Positions 25,982-36,199 of a DNA stretch of 51,502 nt are shown here, in pieces (position 1 is the stretch's first letter; each line of letters starts with the position of its first letter). The notes below the pieces were generated by a model. The model searched no databases. It was not told the DNA's origin and worked only from the letters and a program-made list of their open reading frames with translations. Made by a program: the position numbers and the translations under genes. Source of the stretch: a virus (Duplodnaviria > Caudoviricetes); the IMG/VR virus record IMGVR_UViG_3300042991_000788, positions 1-51,502 of that record; one strand, written 5' to 3'.

Positions 25982-26170
25982 ATGGCAGATTTAATTGGTA
26001 TCTGTCCTGTATGTGGAGGACAGGTTTCTAAGCGTGTGATAACAAGTGGGACTTCTTCAGCTTACAGGAAAGATTATACCTGCAAATGTGGTAAAGCAGA
26101 ATTAATTCAAAAAAAGTATCCAAACCAGCAGCAGGAAAAATACAGTCATGCTAATCGGAACAGAAGATAA
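25982..26170 (+). CDS. Small zinc-ribbon protein
   Basis: CPVCGG...CKCG; AGGAG RBS. Confidence 0.6.
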   Translation: MADLIGICPVCGGQVSKRVITSGTSSAYRKDYTCKCGKAELIQKKYPNQQQEKYSHANRNRR

Positions 26171-28082
26171 AACGAACATGAGTTTCAGTCAAATGAAACT
26201 TGATTATAATTATCCTGAGGGTCTTGATTTACATCCAGATTCTGCATTACATCAGCGTTTGTTACAAAGGATTCTTGAAGACGTAAAAGGATCCTATGAA
26301 GAAATTAGTAAGAGATTTCCTATCTGGCGAGAACTTGATGAAAAGTTAACTGTTTATATAGACTTAGAAGCTGAAGAGCAACAAGTACAATCACAAGATA
26401 AATCTAAACCTAGCGGGATAGTTATTCCAATTACTTATGCTACTAGAGAAAGTTTACTTACTTATTGGTCAGCTGCTTTTTTGCAGCATCCTTTATTTAG
26501 GTATAAACCAAGTAATGATCCAGCAGATTTATTAGGTACAATTTTACTCGAGGGGGTTATTAATCAAGACTGTATTAATAGCAAAGCAGGTTTAGTTCTC
26601 TATACTATGTGGAGTGATGCTTTTACTTACGGTTTCGGTGCAGTAAGTCCTTCCTGGAAAACTAGAAAAGGTTATCGTACAAGATACCTTGAAGAAGATG
26701 AGTTAACTCTTGGTTTTCCTACAGGTAAAAGAGTAATTAAAAGTAGGGAAGAAGTCATTACTTATGACGGTTCTTCCTTGATAAGTCTTGATCCTTATAA
26801 TTGTTTACCAGATATGAATCAACCTATACAGAATGTCCAAGACATGGATTTCTTTGGGTGGTCAGAAAGGCTTACATACAATTCTTTATTAAGTGATGAA
26901 AGAGTAATGGAGGGTGAGATTTTTAATGTTAAATACCTTCAAGCTATATCATCAAAGCATAGTAAATACTTCAGTGCTACTGAAGTGGATACTGGTAGAT
27001 ATACTAAATCAGGAATAAATGTTAATGCCAGAGATACTAGGTATGTTGATCTTATAAACATTTACCGATGGATTATACCTAAAGATTTAGAATTAGGTTC
27101 AAGTGAATATCCGGAACTTTGGAGATTTGTTCTTGCTGCAGATAGAGTTATTATTGAAGCTCGTCCTTTGAACTTAGATCATAATGAAATTCCTGTTGCT
27201 ACTATGGCACCAGGAAGTGATGGGCATACAGTTTTGCCTGTATCAATACTTGAAAGAGAGTATCCTATTCAGCATGGGCTTGATTGGTTATGGAAATCCA
27301 GAATCATTAATGTTCGTAAGTCAATGAATAATCTTTTTGTAGTTGATCCAAGTTTAATCAACATGAATGATCTTACAGATACTCGTTATGGTATGGTTGC
27401 TAGACTACGTGCAGCAGCTTGGGGACGAGGTACTCAGGGGGCATTAGAAGCTATTAATGTTCCAGATGTAACTCAAAGTCATATCCAAGATATGGGTTTT
27501 TTGATGAATATAGATAACCTTGTTTTCACTAGTACGCAAGCAAAAGGAGCTCAAGAGCGTAAAGGAGAAAGAGTATCTGCAACCGAAGCAAGAGATACTA
27601 GAACATCTTTTTTAAGCAAGATGGAGAAAGATGCTAAGTTAGGAAGTATGCAGGCACACTTTACTATAGCTAAACAGTTAGCATATAATACAGTACAGTT
27701 AATGACACAGACAAAGTATGTTGAGATGACAGGAGAGTATGCACAGATTTTACAAGAAGAATATGGTATACAACCTGATATGGTGAAAGTAGATCCAAGA
27801 GCTCTTGATATTAGATTTGATGTAGTCTCTCAGGATGGTAGTCTTCCTGGAGGTGAGTTTGGGGATGTCTGGGAAAGACTTATGACTAACGCTGCTTCTC
27901 ATAAAGAGTTGTATGAAAGGATAGATTTTACTAGAGTTTGGTTACATATTGCACGATTACTTGGGGCTAAGAATGCAAGTGAGTTCTTAAAGAAACAACC
28001 TGTAGTAGCAGGGCAGGGACAAATCGATAAGCAAGTCCAAGCTGGTAATATGATTCCTGCACAGGGATTTGGAGGAGTTTAA
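26148..28082 (+). CDS. Portal protein
   Basis: 644 aa downstream of terL; SATEA motif; helical character. Confidence 0.8.
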   Translation: MLIGTEDKTNMSFSQMKLDYNYPEGLDLHPDSALHQRLLQRILEDVKGSYEEISKRFPIWRELDEKLTVYIDLEAEEQQVQSQDKSKPSGIVIPITYATRESLLTYWSAAFLQHPLFRYKPSNDPADLLGTILLEGVINQDCINSKAGLVLYTMWSDAFTYGFGAVSPSWKTRKGYRTRYLEEDELTLGFPTGKRVIKSREEVITYDGSSLISLDPYNCLPDMNQPIQNVQDMDFFGWSERLTYNSLLSDERVMEGEIFNVKYLQAISSKHSKYFSATEVDTGRYTKSGINVNARDTRYVDLINIYRWIIPKDLELGSSEYPELWRFVLAADRVIIEARPLNLDHNEIPVATMAPGSDGHTVLPVSILEREYPIQHGLDWLWKSRIINVRKSMNNLFVVDPSLINMNDLTDTRYGMVARLRAAAWGRGTQGALEAINVPDVTQSHIQDMGFLMNIDNLVFTSTQAKGAQERKGERVSATEARDTRTSFLSKMEKDAKLGSMQAHFTIAKQLAYNTVQLMTQTKYVEMTGEYAQILQEEYGIQPDMVKVDPRALDIRFDVVSQDGSLPGGEFGDVWERLMTNAASHKELYERIDFTRVWLHIARLLGAKNASEFLKKQPVVAGQGQIDKQVQAGNMIPAQGFGGV

Positions 28083-28357
28083 TGGATATTAAAGATGTTG
28101 ATATAAAAGAGATTGAAGAATTTGAAACAGTTAATTTAGTATGGCAAGTTGTTAAAACTATCATTTTTCAGAGGCTTGAATTAGTTAGGGATGAATTAGA
28201 ACTTGGCCATTTGATGGGAAAGGCTGAAGGGTTTTCTCTAGAGGAAATTATAGGGAGACAAAAAGAGTGTGTAACTATGAGGTGGTTATTACAATTACCT
28301 CAAATATTAATTGAACTGAAGAAAGAGGAGTTAAAGGAAGATGGGAGACTTAACTAA
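28082..28357 (+). CDS. Small protein between portal and scaffold
   Basis: Translationally coupled, typical position. Confidence 0.7.
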   Translation: MDIKDVDIKEIEEFETVNLVWQVVKTIIFQRLELVRDELELGHLMGKAEGFSLEEIIGRQKECVTMRWLLQLPQILIELKKEELKEDGRLN

Positions 28358-29198
28358 AGAACAAAGAGTAACTGCTGATATTGCATCTTTATTAAATATT
28401 GTTCCTGAGCAAGAACCTATTAAAAAAGAAGAAAAACCAGTAGGGATTCAAGCAATTACACCAGATAAATTGAAGGAGGAAGAGAGCCCTGTAGCAACTG
28501 AAGTTGTTGAATCAACTGAGGAAGAGAAAGAAGTTATCCCAACTTCTAATCTACTTTCCGAGTTAGCTCGGCTCTCTTCCTTACTTACCCCAAAAAGTTC
28601 GGAGCCTAACAAGGAAGTAGAAGTACCAGAAGAAAAAAAGACTGAGGAGAAGGTTAAACCTGAGGTTAAACCTGAGCTTAAACCTACTTCAGAAACTCTG
28701 GAATTTTTTGATCCAAAAGCCTTTTCTGATTTATTAGAAGAAAAGGATGTTAATACTTTGAAAGGAGCTTTTACTAAAGTATTGGAAACAGCAGTGTTAC
28801 AATCAAGAAAAGCTGCTCTTCAAGATGTAATGGGAGTTATTCCACAGATGATTCAGTATACTGTACAAGGAGCTTTGGCAGCACAAGCTTTTTGGGGAGA
28901 GAATCCTCAATTAAAAAAGCTTGTATCAGAACAGCCTGGGCTTAAACAGTATGTTGAGTATAGGGCAAGTGAGATTGAAAAGCAAGAACCTGGGTTAAAT
29001 TTAGGTCAAGTTTATGGAAAACTGAGAACAGAATTACAGGGTTTACTTAAACCTTATCTTACTGAATCAGAAGGAAGTAAATTAAAAGCACCAGCTCTTG
29101 CAAGAGCACCCGGAGCTAAAAGAGCTACTGCAGATGTAGGGGGTAATCTTTCAGCTACCCAAAAACAAATTTTAGAGTTAATGAATTTATCAAAATAG
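28341..29198 (+). CDS. Capsid scaffolding protein
   Basis: Glu/Pro/Lys-rich disordered N-half, helical C-half, between portal and capsid. Confidence 0.7.
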   Translation: MGDLTKEQRVTADIASLLNIVPEQEPIKKEEKPVGIQAITPDKLKEEESPVATEVVESTEEEKEVIPTSNLLSELARLSSLLTPKSSEPNKEVEVPEEKKTEEKVKPEVKPELKPTSETLEFFDPKAFSDLLEEKDVNTLKGAFTKVLETAVLQSRKAALQDVMGVIPQMIQYTVQGALAAQAFWGENPQLKKLVSEQPGLKQYVEYRASEIEKQEPGLNLGQVYGKLRTELQGLLKPYLTESEGSKLKAPALARAPGAKRATADVGGNLSATQKQILELMNLSK

Positions 29199-29207
29199 GA
29201 GAGTAAA

Positions 29208-29567
29208 ATGGTTCGTCCAGATATTGAAATGTTAAGAAGAGTTGGCACTCCTAACAGTCGGAAGTTTGTAACATTGGATTCAACTGAAACTGCGAGTTTA
29301 ACAGTTATTCTTAAGGTCTATGAAACAGAAGTTTATGTTGATAATGATAATGCAACTTATGATGTTACTATCCAACTTCCGAGTGTTGCTGATGCGCGAG
29401 GTCTAACTTATACTATTCGTGCTGTTGATACTGGCCATGGAGTTATTATTGTTAATCAAGATGATTCTATTGGTGATTGGACTGACTTAACTACAAATGC
29501 AGATGGTGAATATGCCATCCTGTATTCTGATGGTAGACAGTGGTTTGTTCTTGTAACTGATATTTAG
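29208..29567 (+). CDS. Small virion (decoration/collar-type) protein
   Basis: VTIQLPSVADARG...ILYSDGRQW pattern. Confidence 0.6.
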   Translation: MVRPDIEMLRRVGTPNSRKFVTLDSTETASLTVILKVYETEVYVDNDNATYDVTIQLPSVADARGLTYTIRAVDTGHGVIIVNQDDSIGDWTDLTTNADGEYAILYSDGRQWFVLVTDI

Positions 29568-29577
29568 GGAGAAGATA

Positions 29578-30549
29578 ATGAGTATTAATGCTCAAATGCA
29601 AAAATTAGGTCTAACACCAGATGGGAATTATGGTATTACTATCCAGGGGGATCTGAAAGTAGATGGGACTTTAACTAACTTAGTTGGTAAAGGAAAAATC
29701 TTTTATGTCAGTTCAGTTTCTGGTAGTGCCAATTATGCTGGTATAACACCAGCTACACCCCTGGCTACTATAGATGCAGCAATTGGTAAATGTATTGCAA
29801 GTCGTGGAGATGTAATTGTTATCCTTCCTTCTCACGCAGAAGACATTGCTTCTGCTGTTTCTTTAGTTTGTGATATTGCTGGTGTTACTATTATCGGTTT
29901 GGGTAAGGGAACGATGAGACCTAAACTGACTTTTACTGCTGCAGCTGGTAGTATTGTAGTTAGCGCTGCTAATGTTACATTTCAGAATATTATTTTTGAA
30001 GCTGCTTTTGCAGATGTAGCTGATGCCTTTACTCCATCAGCAGTTAATTTAACCCTTAAAGATTGTGATTTTCAGGATAGTGCGGCTGATAAAAACTTTA
30101 TTGAATTAGTTGATACTGGTACGACAGATAACCAGTGTGATGGTTTAACCTTTACTGGTTGTAGTTGGATTTCCCCAGATTTACTTACTACCTCAATGAT
30201 TAATCTTGATGCAGATTGTAATAAGATTACCATTGAAAATTGTTATGTTAATCTGGGTGTTAATACTAGTGATTTACCTATTTGTATAGATGTTGCTACT
30301 GGTAAGGATGTTACTAATCTGAAGATCTTGAATAATTATTTCATCAGATTAAATGATGCTAATCCTTTATTAGTAACTGCAAATACAACTACAGCTAACA
30401 CTGGAATTATTAAAAGTAACTGTATCGTGCATCGTGATACTGCTAGTGAGTTACTCGTGACTGCAGCAACATTAATTGGCTTTTTTGAGAACAAAGCTAC
30501 TGCTGTCGCTGATTTCTCTGGTTATACGTTACCTGCGTCTGATAGTTAA
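29578..30549 (+). CDS. Beta-helix virion protein (head fibre/decoration candidate)
   Basis: PLATIDAAIG...GDVIVILP...GVTIIGLG pectin-lyase-fold pattern; no signal peptide. Confidence 0.7.
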   Translation: MSINAQMQKLGLTPDGNYGITIQGDLKVDGTLTNLVGKGKIFYVSSVSGSANYAGITPATPLATIDAAIGKCIASRGDVIVILPSHAEDIASAVSLVCDIAGVTIIGLGKGTMRPKLTFTAAAGSIVVSAANVTFQNIIFEAAFADVADAFTPSAVNLTLKDCDFQDSAADKNFIELVDTGTTDNQCDGLTFTGCSWISPDLLTTSMINLDADCNKITIENCYVNLGVNTSDLPICIDVATGKDVTNLKILNNYFIRLNDANPLLVTANTTTANTGIIKSNCIVHRDTASELLVTAATLIGFFENKATAVADFSGYTLPASDS

Positions 30550-30561
30550 TAGGAGGATAGT

Positions 30562-30705
30562 ATGTCAGCAGTACAAAATAATAAGGATATTAGAATTTTG
30601 TTTGAAGAATTTGAAAAATTAAAAAAAGATATAAAAGAACTCAAGACTACACTTCAAACAGAGAAAGTAAAAAAACTTACTGATAATAAAAAGGAAGGTA
30701 ATTAA
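30562..30705 (+). CDS. Small coiled-coil protein (47 aa)
   Basis: Below track cutoff; AGGAGG RBS; stop overlaps the capsid ATG. Confidence 0.55.
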   Translation: MSAVQNNKDIRILFEEFEKLKKDIKELKTTLQTEKVKKLTDNKKEGN

Positions 30706-32042
30706 TGACAGCATTTCTCGGAATGAGAGGTCCAGGTAGTTGGGAACCTAATCAGGTTCCTGAATCTTGGGCTCAGTTTATCTTGCACGAAAATCCTAAC
30801 GGTAGTGCACCTATGTTTGCACTACAGAGTATGTTTAAAGAAGAAGCAGTAGATAGTCATACCTATCATTGGTGGACTAAAACTACTCCAGTACAAGCTT
30901 TAACTATTACAGCAGGTTCTGTTTATATTGATGCAGGTTTAGCTACTGCATATGTATATACAACTCATCAAGCTACCAAAGGTATTGCAGAAGCTACTGT
31001 TTATGTAAAAGTAACAGAAGCATTTGCTAAAGAGGTTAAACCTGGCCATATCCTGTTAATGAGAGATATCTCAGATACAGTTGACGTAGTTGGTCGTGTA
31101 ATTGATATTGTGTATAATGGAGCTTCTTCTTATTTGGCAGTTAAATTGTTAGAAGCAGATGATAATGGTAGTACTCCTGCTTCATATAACCTGTCAACAG
31201 TGGATAGAATTTTGATTAGTTCTAATGCCTATCCTGATGGTTCAGTTGCACCGGAAGCTATTACTTACAACCCAGTAGAGTATAGCAATTATGTACAGAA
31301 CTTCAGAACTACCCTTGACCTGACTCGTGAAGCAATGGCTGTTGCTTTACGCACTGGAGACGCATACAAAGAAGCAAAAAGAGAAATCGCTTTTTTGCAT
31401 AGTAAAGAGATTGAACTTGCTGGATTCTTTGGAATTAAATATTCAGGTACTGGTGAGAATGGACAACCCTTGAGAACTTCTCAAGGTATTATTCCTTTCT
31501 TAAGAGAAAATAATCCTTCCAATATTATGGATTTTAGATCAGTTACTGACTCTGCTTACGCTGGTAAAACCTGGCTTCAGGTTGGCAAGCGTTGGTTGGA
31601 TGAAGTCTTAACTGATTATGCTACTTATTTACCTACTTCTGAAGTAATGTGTTTAATGGGTAATAAAGCAAGTCTGGGCATTAATGATTTGGCAGATGCT
31701 GGTAGTATGATTCAATTAACACCCGGCCCAGGTAAATCCTATGGATTTGATGTAACTACCTGGTTAACTGGAAGCTTGAAAGTTCATATGAAAATGCACC
31801 CTTTGTTTTCTCATGAGTTGTCTAATCAAAACATGATGGTTTTGATGCTTCCAGAAAACTGTAAATTCTGTCCTCTGGTTGGTGGAGGTCAAAACTTTAA
31901 TACTGAATGGGAAGAGAATATGCAAATTCCTGGGCAACATGCAAAGGTAGATGGATATTCTACTAAAGGTGGCTGGAAGTTTTATCATCCTAATCAATTC
32001 CTGGTTTTGAGAGGTATTGGTGAGGATAACACTGTAGCATAA
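30705..32042 (+). CDS. Major capsid protein
   Basis: 445 aa; NYVQNFRTTLDLT, HSKEIELAGFFG, TSQGIIPF, HPLF motifs like SU10-type capsids; hairpin follows. Confidence 0.82.
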   Translation: MTAFLGMRGPGSWEPNQVPESWAQFILHENPNGSAPMFALQSMFKEEAVDSHTYHWWTKTTPVQALTITAGSVYIDAGLATAYVYTTHQATKGIAEATVYVKVTEAFAKEVKPGHILLMRDISDTVDVVGRVIDIVYNGASSYLAVKLLEADDNGSTPASYNLSTVDRILISSNAYPDGSVAPEAITYNPVEYSNYVQNFRTTLDLTREAMAVALRTGDAYKEAKREIAFLHSKEIELAGFFGIKYSGTGENGQPLRTSQGIIPFLRENNPSNIMDFRSVTDSAYAGKTWLQVGKRWLDEVLTDYATYLPTSEVMCLMGNKASLGINDLADAGSMIQLTPGPGKSYGFDVTTWLTGSLKVHMKMHPLFSHELSNQNMMVLMLPENCKFCPLVGGGQNFNTEWEENMQIPGQHAKVDGYSTKGGWKFYHPNQFLVLRGIGEDNTVA

Positions 32043-32054
32043 TATTAAGTGATT

Positions 32055-32082
32055 CACAGAGAGGTTTAATCGCCTCTCTGTG
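32055..32082 (+). terminator. Hairpin after capsid gene (terminator or mRNA stabiliser)
   Basis: CACAGAGAGG-TTTAATCG-CCTCTCTGTG, weak U tract. Confidence 0.6.
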
Positions 32083-32100
32083 TATATTTAGTACACACAG
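32078..32100. promoter_or_regulatory. 23-bp palindrome family, copy 14
   Basis: CTGTGTATA TTTAG TACACACAG. Confidence 0.9.
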
Positions 32101-32113
32101 GTAGGGGTAAGAA

Positions 32114-32860
32114 ATGAGTACCTTAATAGAAATAAGGACTGCTTTTGTAAATAAAAGTGGAAGAACTGATTTAGTTATAGACACTACAAACTATCAGGAT
32201 AATGGAGCAAACTTTTACATCCAAGCAGGACAGCGACTTCTTGATACTATGATACCTAGTCCTAAAAGTGTGGGACGTTATATTAAGGATATTAATGCTG
32301 GTGATTATAAACTTATGATGAGTTATGTGAGAAGTGTTGAATCTGTATGGATTAAATCAAGTTCTTCTCTAAGAGAAGAATTAGAAATGAAGCCGTTGTC
32401 TTGGTTAATGGAAGAGTATGGGGATAGTATTACAGATAACTCTCAAGGAACTCCAAAGTATTGGTCTCCATTAATATCTGTACTTTCTCCAGAGCAAAAG
32501 GATCTTACAGAAGTTACATATACTACACAGTTTACTCGGGATTATGAAGAGATTGTATTTGGATCCACTCGGTATCAGAAAGAAGGAATTACTTTTCGCC
32601 CAGTGTCTAATGAAGCATATACACTAACAGTTTTTGCTCATTTCTTTTCCCTTTTATCTGTGGATGCAGATGTTAGTTGGCATTCGGAAAATTACCCAGA
32701 ACTATTAATTATGGCAGCTAATTTATGCCTTGAGACTTTTTATAGAAACTCTGCAGGTGTACAAGATTGGTTACAAGCTATGCAGTTATTTTTAAAGGGT
32801 ATAGATCATGATATAGTGCGTACGGAGATGGTGGCTGCTGGAAATCAATTAAGGGGTTAG
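32114..32860 (+). CDS. Head-tail adaptor protein
   Basis: Follows capsid; GTPKYW and WHSENYPELLIMAA patterns. Confidence 0.7.
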   Translation: MSTLIEIRTAFVNKSGRTDLVIDTTNYQDNGANFYIQAGQRLLDTMIPSPKSVGRYIKDINAGDYKLMMSYVRSVESVWIKSSSSLREELEMKPLSWLMEEYGDSITDNSQGTPKYWSPLISVLSPEQKDLTEVTYTTQFTRDYEEIVFGSTRYQKEGITFRPVSNEAYTLTVFAHFFSLLSVDADVSWHSENYPELLIMAANLCLETFYRNSAGVQDWLQAMQLFLKGIDHDIVRTEMVAAGNQLRG

Positions 32861-32862
32861 AT

Positions 32863-33060
32863 ATGACTAAGGTAATTAAAGCTGCAAGTATTGATAGATT
32901 GGCACAGTCTAACTTTGGAGATAGACTTACCGCTATTGAAAAAGAAATAATAAAAATAAATTTAATCTTAATACGACTTCAGAGTGGTATTGCAGAAGCT
33001 GGGAGTAAAGTACCCTTACAAGCTGTATTTACTTTTGAAGATGTAGAAGGGATAGAGTAA
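32863..33060 (+). CDS. Small hypothetical virion-module protein
   Basis: 65 aa, coupled to neighbours. Confidence 0.55.
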   Translation: MTKVIKAASIDRLAQSNFGDRLTAIEKEIIKINLILIRLQSGIAEAGSKVPLQAVFTFEDVEGIE

Positions 33061-34700
33061 TGAAAGAGTTTTCTTTTAAGATAGAAGAAGAGCTAACCAA
33101 AGGTTTAAGTCCTTACCCTTATACAAAAAAGAATAGTTTTTTCTTAAAAGAACTTATTAATCTTCAATCTTCTCAAGAAGGATTAGTTCCTTATGAACCA
33201 GTAGTGCTCCCTTTATCAGAGACAATTATTTCTAGTTATGGTTTACAAGATGAAGTCTTTCCTTTTCCTCAGCTCTTTATAGGAAAGAAGAATACTTTCT
33301 TACTCTGTAGTAATAGAATCTTTTTTGTAGCTAAGGATTGGTCTCATTTATATCAACTAATTACCTATGATGCAGATAATGTAGATACAGAGAAAGTTAT
33401 TCCTACAGGAGGTTCTTGGGAATGTGTTGATTTTTGGGATACTTTGTTATTCCTTAACGGAGTTTGTACTATTATTATCTGTAACAAAGATGTAATGTTC
33501 ACGGATGATCTTAAAGTATATATCTCAGATAGAACACCTATAAGCTGTGGTACAGCTCATAAGGGGAGAGCCTTACTTGGTGGTTTTAATCCTGCTTCTT
33601 TTTGGGGTAGTACCTGGACTACCTTTATAAATACCTGGAAAGAAAAAGAGTTTGCTACAGGTATAAGCTATGATGAATTAATAGAAGGAACTAGTCAGTT
33701 AGCAGCTTTAAAAGAAAATTGGGTCTGGTGGAGTAGTATAGGTGGGGGTGATTTATTAATGCTCTTCTTTCCTAATATAGTAGGGAATAATGGTTTTACT
33801 GATACAGCTTATAGTTCTACTACTCCCTTCATTTTTGATTTATTAATGAAAAATGAACAGGGTTCAGCACCTATGTTTCATCAAGGAAAGGTGCAAGCCA
33901 TTCGTCCTTTAGGTGATTGGGTGCTGGTGTATAGTGAAGAAGGTGTACAAGCTATGAGACCTGTTAGCTCACCAACACCTACCTTTCAACAAATAGATCT
34001 TCAGGTAGGAGGTATTGCAGGAAGAGGTGCTGTTAGTGGGAATGATAAAGCACATCTTTATGTGGATAGGTCAGGATATTTAACTCTTATAACTGAAAAG
34101 TTAGAAGTTAATCCTTTAGGCTACAGGAGTCAGTTTTACCCTCTTTTAAATACTGATATCATAGTATCTCATTCAGCAGAACCTTTTGCACTTAGTCCTA
34201 TAGGAAGATTCTTTATCTCTAATGGAGATAAGACTTATGTTTATACTTCAAAAGGTTTGAGTGAAACAACTCAATGGGTTACAAGTGCAGGTTATTTACA
34301 AGGAACTACTGTAGGGATAAGTAAACAGATCTTAAGTCCAACTGAGATTATGAGTTTTTTTTGTACTGATGAAATAGATTTTGGCCAGGCTGGATTAAAG
34401 ACTTTAGAGTGGGTAAGGCTTGGGGGTAATGAAACTGTATGGGTAGCAGAGGATGGAGTACAATTAGAAGTTGCTTTAGAGTATAAGTATAAAATAAGTA
34501 ATGATTTAAATTGGGCGATAACAAGTTATAAGAAAGTCAATAGTGAAGGAGTAGTATTTTTTCCTATCTCAGCTTTAGTTTTTAGGGTAAAAGTGAGAAT
34601 AGGTAACTACCTAAAATTAGGAATAAATTATGTCGAACTCGGATATAAAACAACAGATAGAAGATTCACAAGAGGTGTCCAAGTTACTTCGCTTGGATAG
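33060..34700 (+). CDS. Tail nozzle/stabilisation protein (P22 gp10 / T7 gp12 position)
   Basis: 546 aa beta-rich, position after adaptor. Confidence 0.65.
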   Translation: MKEFSFKIEEELTKGLSPYPYTKKNSFFLKELINLQSSQEGLVPYEPVVLPLSETIISSYGLQDEVFPFPQLFIGKKNTFLLCSNRIFFVAKDWSHLYQLITYDADNVDTEKVIPTGGSWECVDFWDTLLFLNGVCTIIICNKDVMFTDDLKVYISDRTPISCGTAHKGRALLGGFNPASFWGSTWTTFINTWKEKEFATGISYDELIEGTSQLAALKENWVWWSSIGGGDLLMLFFPNIVGNNGFTDTAYSSTTPFIFDLLMKNEQGSAPMFHQGKVQAIRPLGDWVLVYSEEGVQAMRPVSSPTPTFQQIDLQVGGIAGRGAVSGNDKAHLYVDRSGYLTLITEKLEVNPLGYRSQFYPLLNTDIIVSHSAEPFALSPIGRFFISNGDKTYVYTSKGLSETTQWVTSAGYLQGTTVGISKQILSPTEIMSFFCTDEIDFGQAGLKTLEWVRLGGNETVWVAEDGVQLEVALEYKYKISNDLNWAITSYKKVNSEGVVFFPISALVFRVKVRIGNYLKLGINYVELGYKTTDRRFTRGVQVTSLG

Positions 34701-35109
34701 CCAACAAGTTGTAAGTAAATGGACTGAAGTTGAGCCTATCCTTTTAGATGCTTTGAGTCACAGGAAGATTAAGTGGACAGAGCAGGAGAAGCTAAACTTA
34801 ATGCAAGCTATAGCTACTGGTAAGTTACAGTGCTGGGGAATCTTTCGTGGAAAGGAAATTATTGCTTTTGCTACTACTTTAATAACAACCGAGTTATGGG
34901 GAGAAAGAAACCTGTTAATTTATAGCTTAACAGGGTTTGATAACATAACACTTCCTATTTGGCATAAGATGTTATCTTCAGTAGTTGAATTGGCTAAGAA
35001 AGAAAACTTAGGTAAAATTGTTGCTTATAGTGATAATGCAAGAGTAATACAAATCATTACCTCTTATGGAGGTAAGGATGTTATTCACTTGTTAGAATTG
35101 GAGGTATAA
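34630..35109 (+). CDS. Acetyltransferase-like virion assembly protein (T7 gp13 position)
   Basis: GNAT-like pattern, sits between nozzle and ejection proteins. Confidence 0.55.
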   Translation: MSNSDIKQQIEDSQEVSKLLRLDSQQVVSKWTEVEPILLDALSHRKIKWTEQEKLNLMQAIATGKLQCWGIFRGKEIIAFATTLITTELWGERNLLIYSLTGFDNITLPIWHKMLSSVVELAKKENLGKIVAYSDNARVIQIITSYGGKDVIHLLELEV

Positions 35110-35110
35110 C

Positions 35111-36187
35111 ATGGCTGGTTCTAGTGGAGAGATTTCTTATCCTCAATATCTTACAGATATGCACAAACATATTATGGTTAGATCTTCTGTAGCAGGTTTA
35201 AATCCCTGGACATCAGGAGGTAATGCTTTAGAATATTCTCTCTTTCATTTTATTAATACAGCTACATTAGAAGCAAATTCTCCTTATTATAACGAAACTG
35301 CATTTGATCCAACAGCAGCTCAAGCAGCCTTTAGTACAACTTCCCCTCTCGGTAGGATTAAAACAAGTTTTGATGAAACTAAAACTCTTATTGATGCTGT
35401 ATCTGCAACTAATAATTGGGATAGTTATATTACCAAAGCAGCTACCAAAACAGGAGTTTTTGCTGATATAAACTTTTTAGATGGTATGGCAACAGCTATT
35501 GAAGGTCTTTTGACTGCAATAGAAAATGCTATGGCATCATCAGTTATAGATGATATGGTACTCGCTTTTGAGAATAAAAAGAAAGCGAGAGTTAAGAGAG
35601 AGATTAGTCAGTGGTCTGCAGGTATGGCTGATATTAATGCAGTACATACTAGTTCTTTTGTTTGGGGACAGATGATGCTGGAAAAAGATTTTGCAGATTC
35701 AATTGATGCTTATGAAGCAGAACTGAAGAATAACTTGTTTAATACTATTCTGCATAGTTCTATTGATAGCTACCTGAAAGCTAATGTGCTTAGGGTTAGC
35801 AGTCAGGATGATATTATTAAACAAGGGACTGCTATGATGGGGGAGTTAGGGAATTATAAACTACAATTACAAACACAACTCACTCAGATAAAAACAGGAA
35901 TTGAGCAATTAACTATTGTAGCTGGTAAAGAACAGACTGATGAGAATTTACATATTGATGTACAAGATGCTTTATGGGACTTAGAAGCTACAATGTATGG
36001 TGCTAATATGTTAGCAGCAATTGCTGGAGCTCCTGCAGGAAGAAAAGAACATATGAGTAAAGGAAGAAGCGCATTGTCTGGAGCTATGACAGGGGCTAGT
36101 GTAGGTGCTATGATACCTGGGCCTCCAGGAGTAGCCCCAGCTATAGGTGCAATAACTGGTGGTTTAGCTGGTTATTTCTTAGAATAA
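35111..36187 (+). CDS. Ejection (internal virion) protein with Gly/Ala-rich hydrophobic C-terminus
   Basis: SALSGAMTGASVGAMIPGPPGVAPAIGAITGGLAGYF. Confidence 0.65.
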   Translation: MAGSSGEISYPQYLTDMHKHIMVRSSVAGLNPWTSGGNALEYSLFHFINTATLEANSPYYNETAFDPTAAQAAFSTTSPLGRIKTSFDETKTLIDAVSATNNWDSYITKAATKTGVFADINFLDGMATAIEGLLTAIENAMASSVIDDMVLAFENKKKARVKREISQWSAGMADINAVHTSSFVWGQMMLEKDFADSIDAYEAELKNNLFNTILHSSIDSYLKANVLRVSSQDDIIKQGTAMMGELGNYKLQLQTQLTQIKTGIEQLTIVAGKEQTDENLHIDVQDALWDLEATMYGANMLAAIAGAPAGRKEHMSKGRSALSGAMTGASVGAMIPGPPGVAPAIGAITGGLAGYFLE

Positions 36188-36199
36188 AAGGAGATTAGA

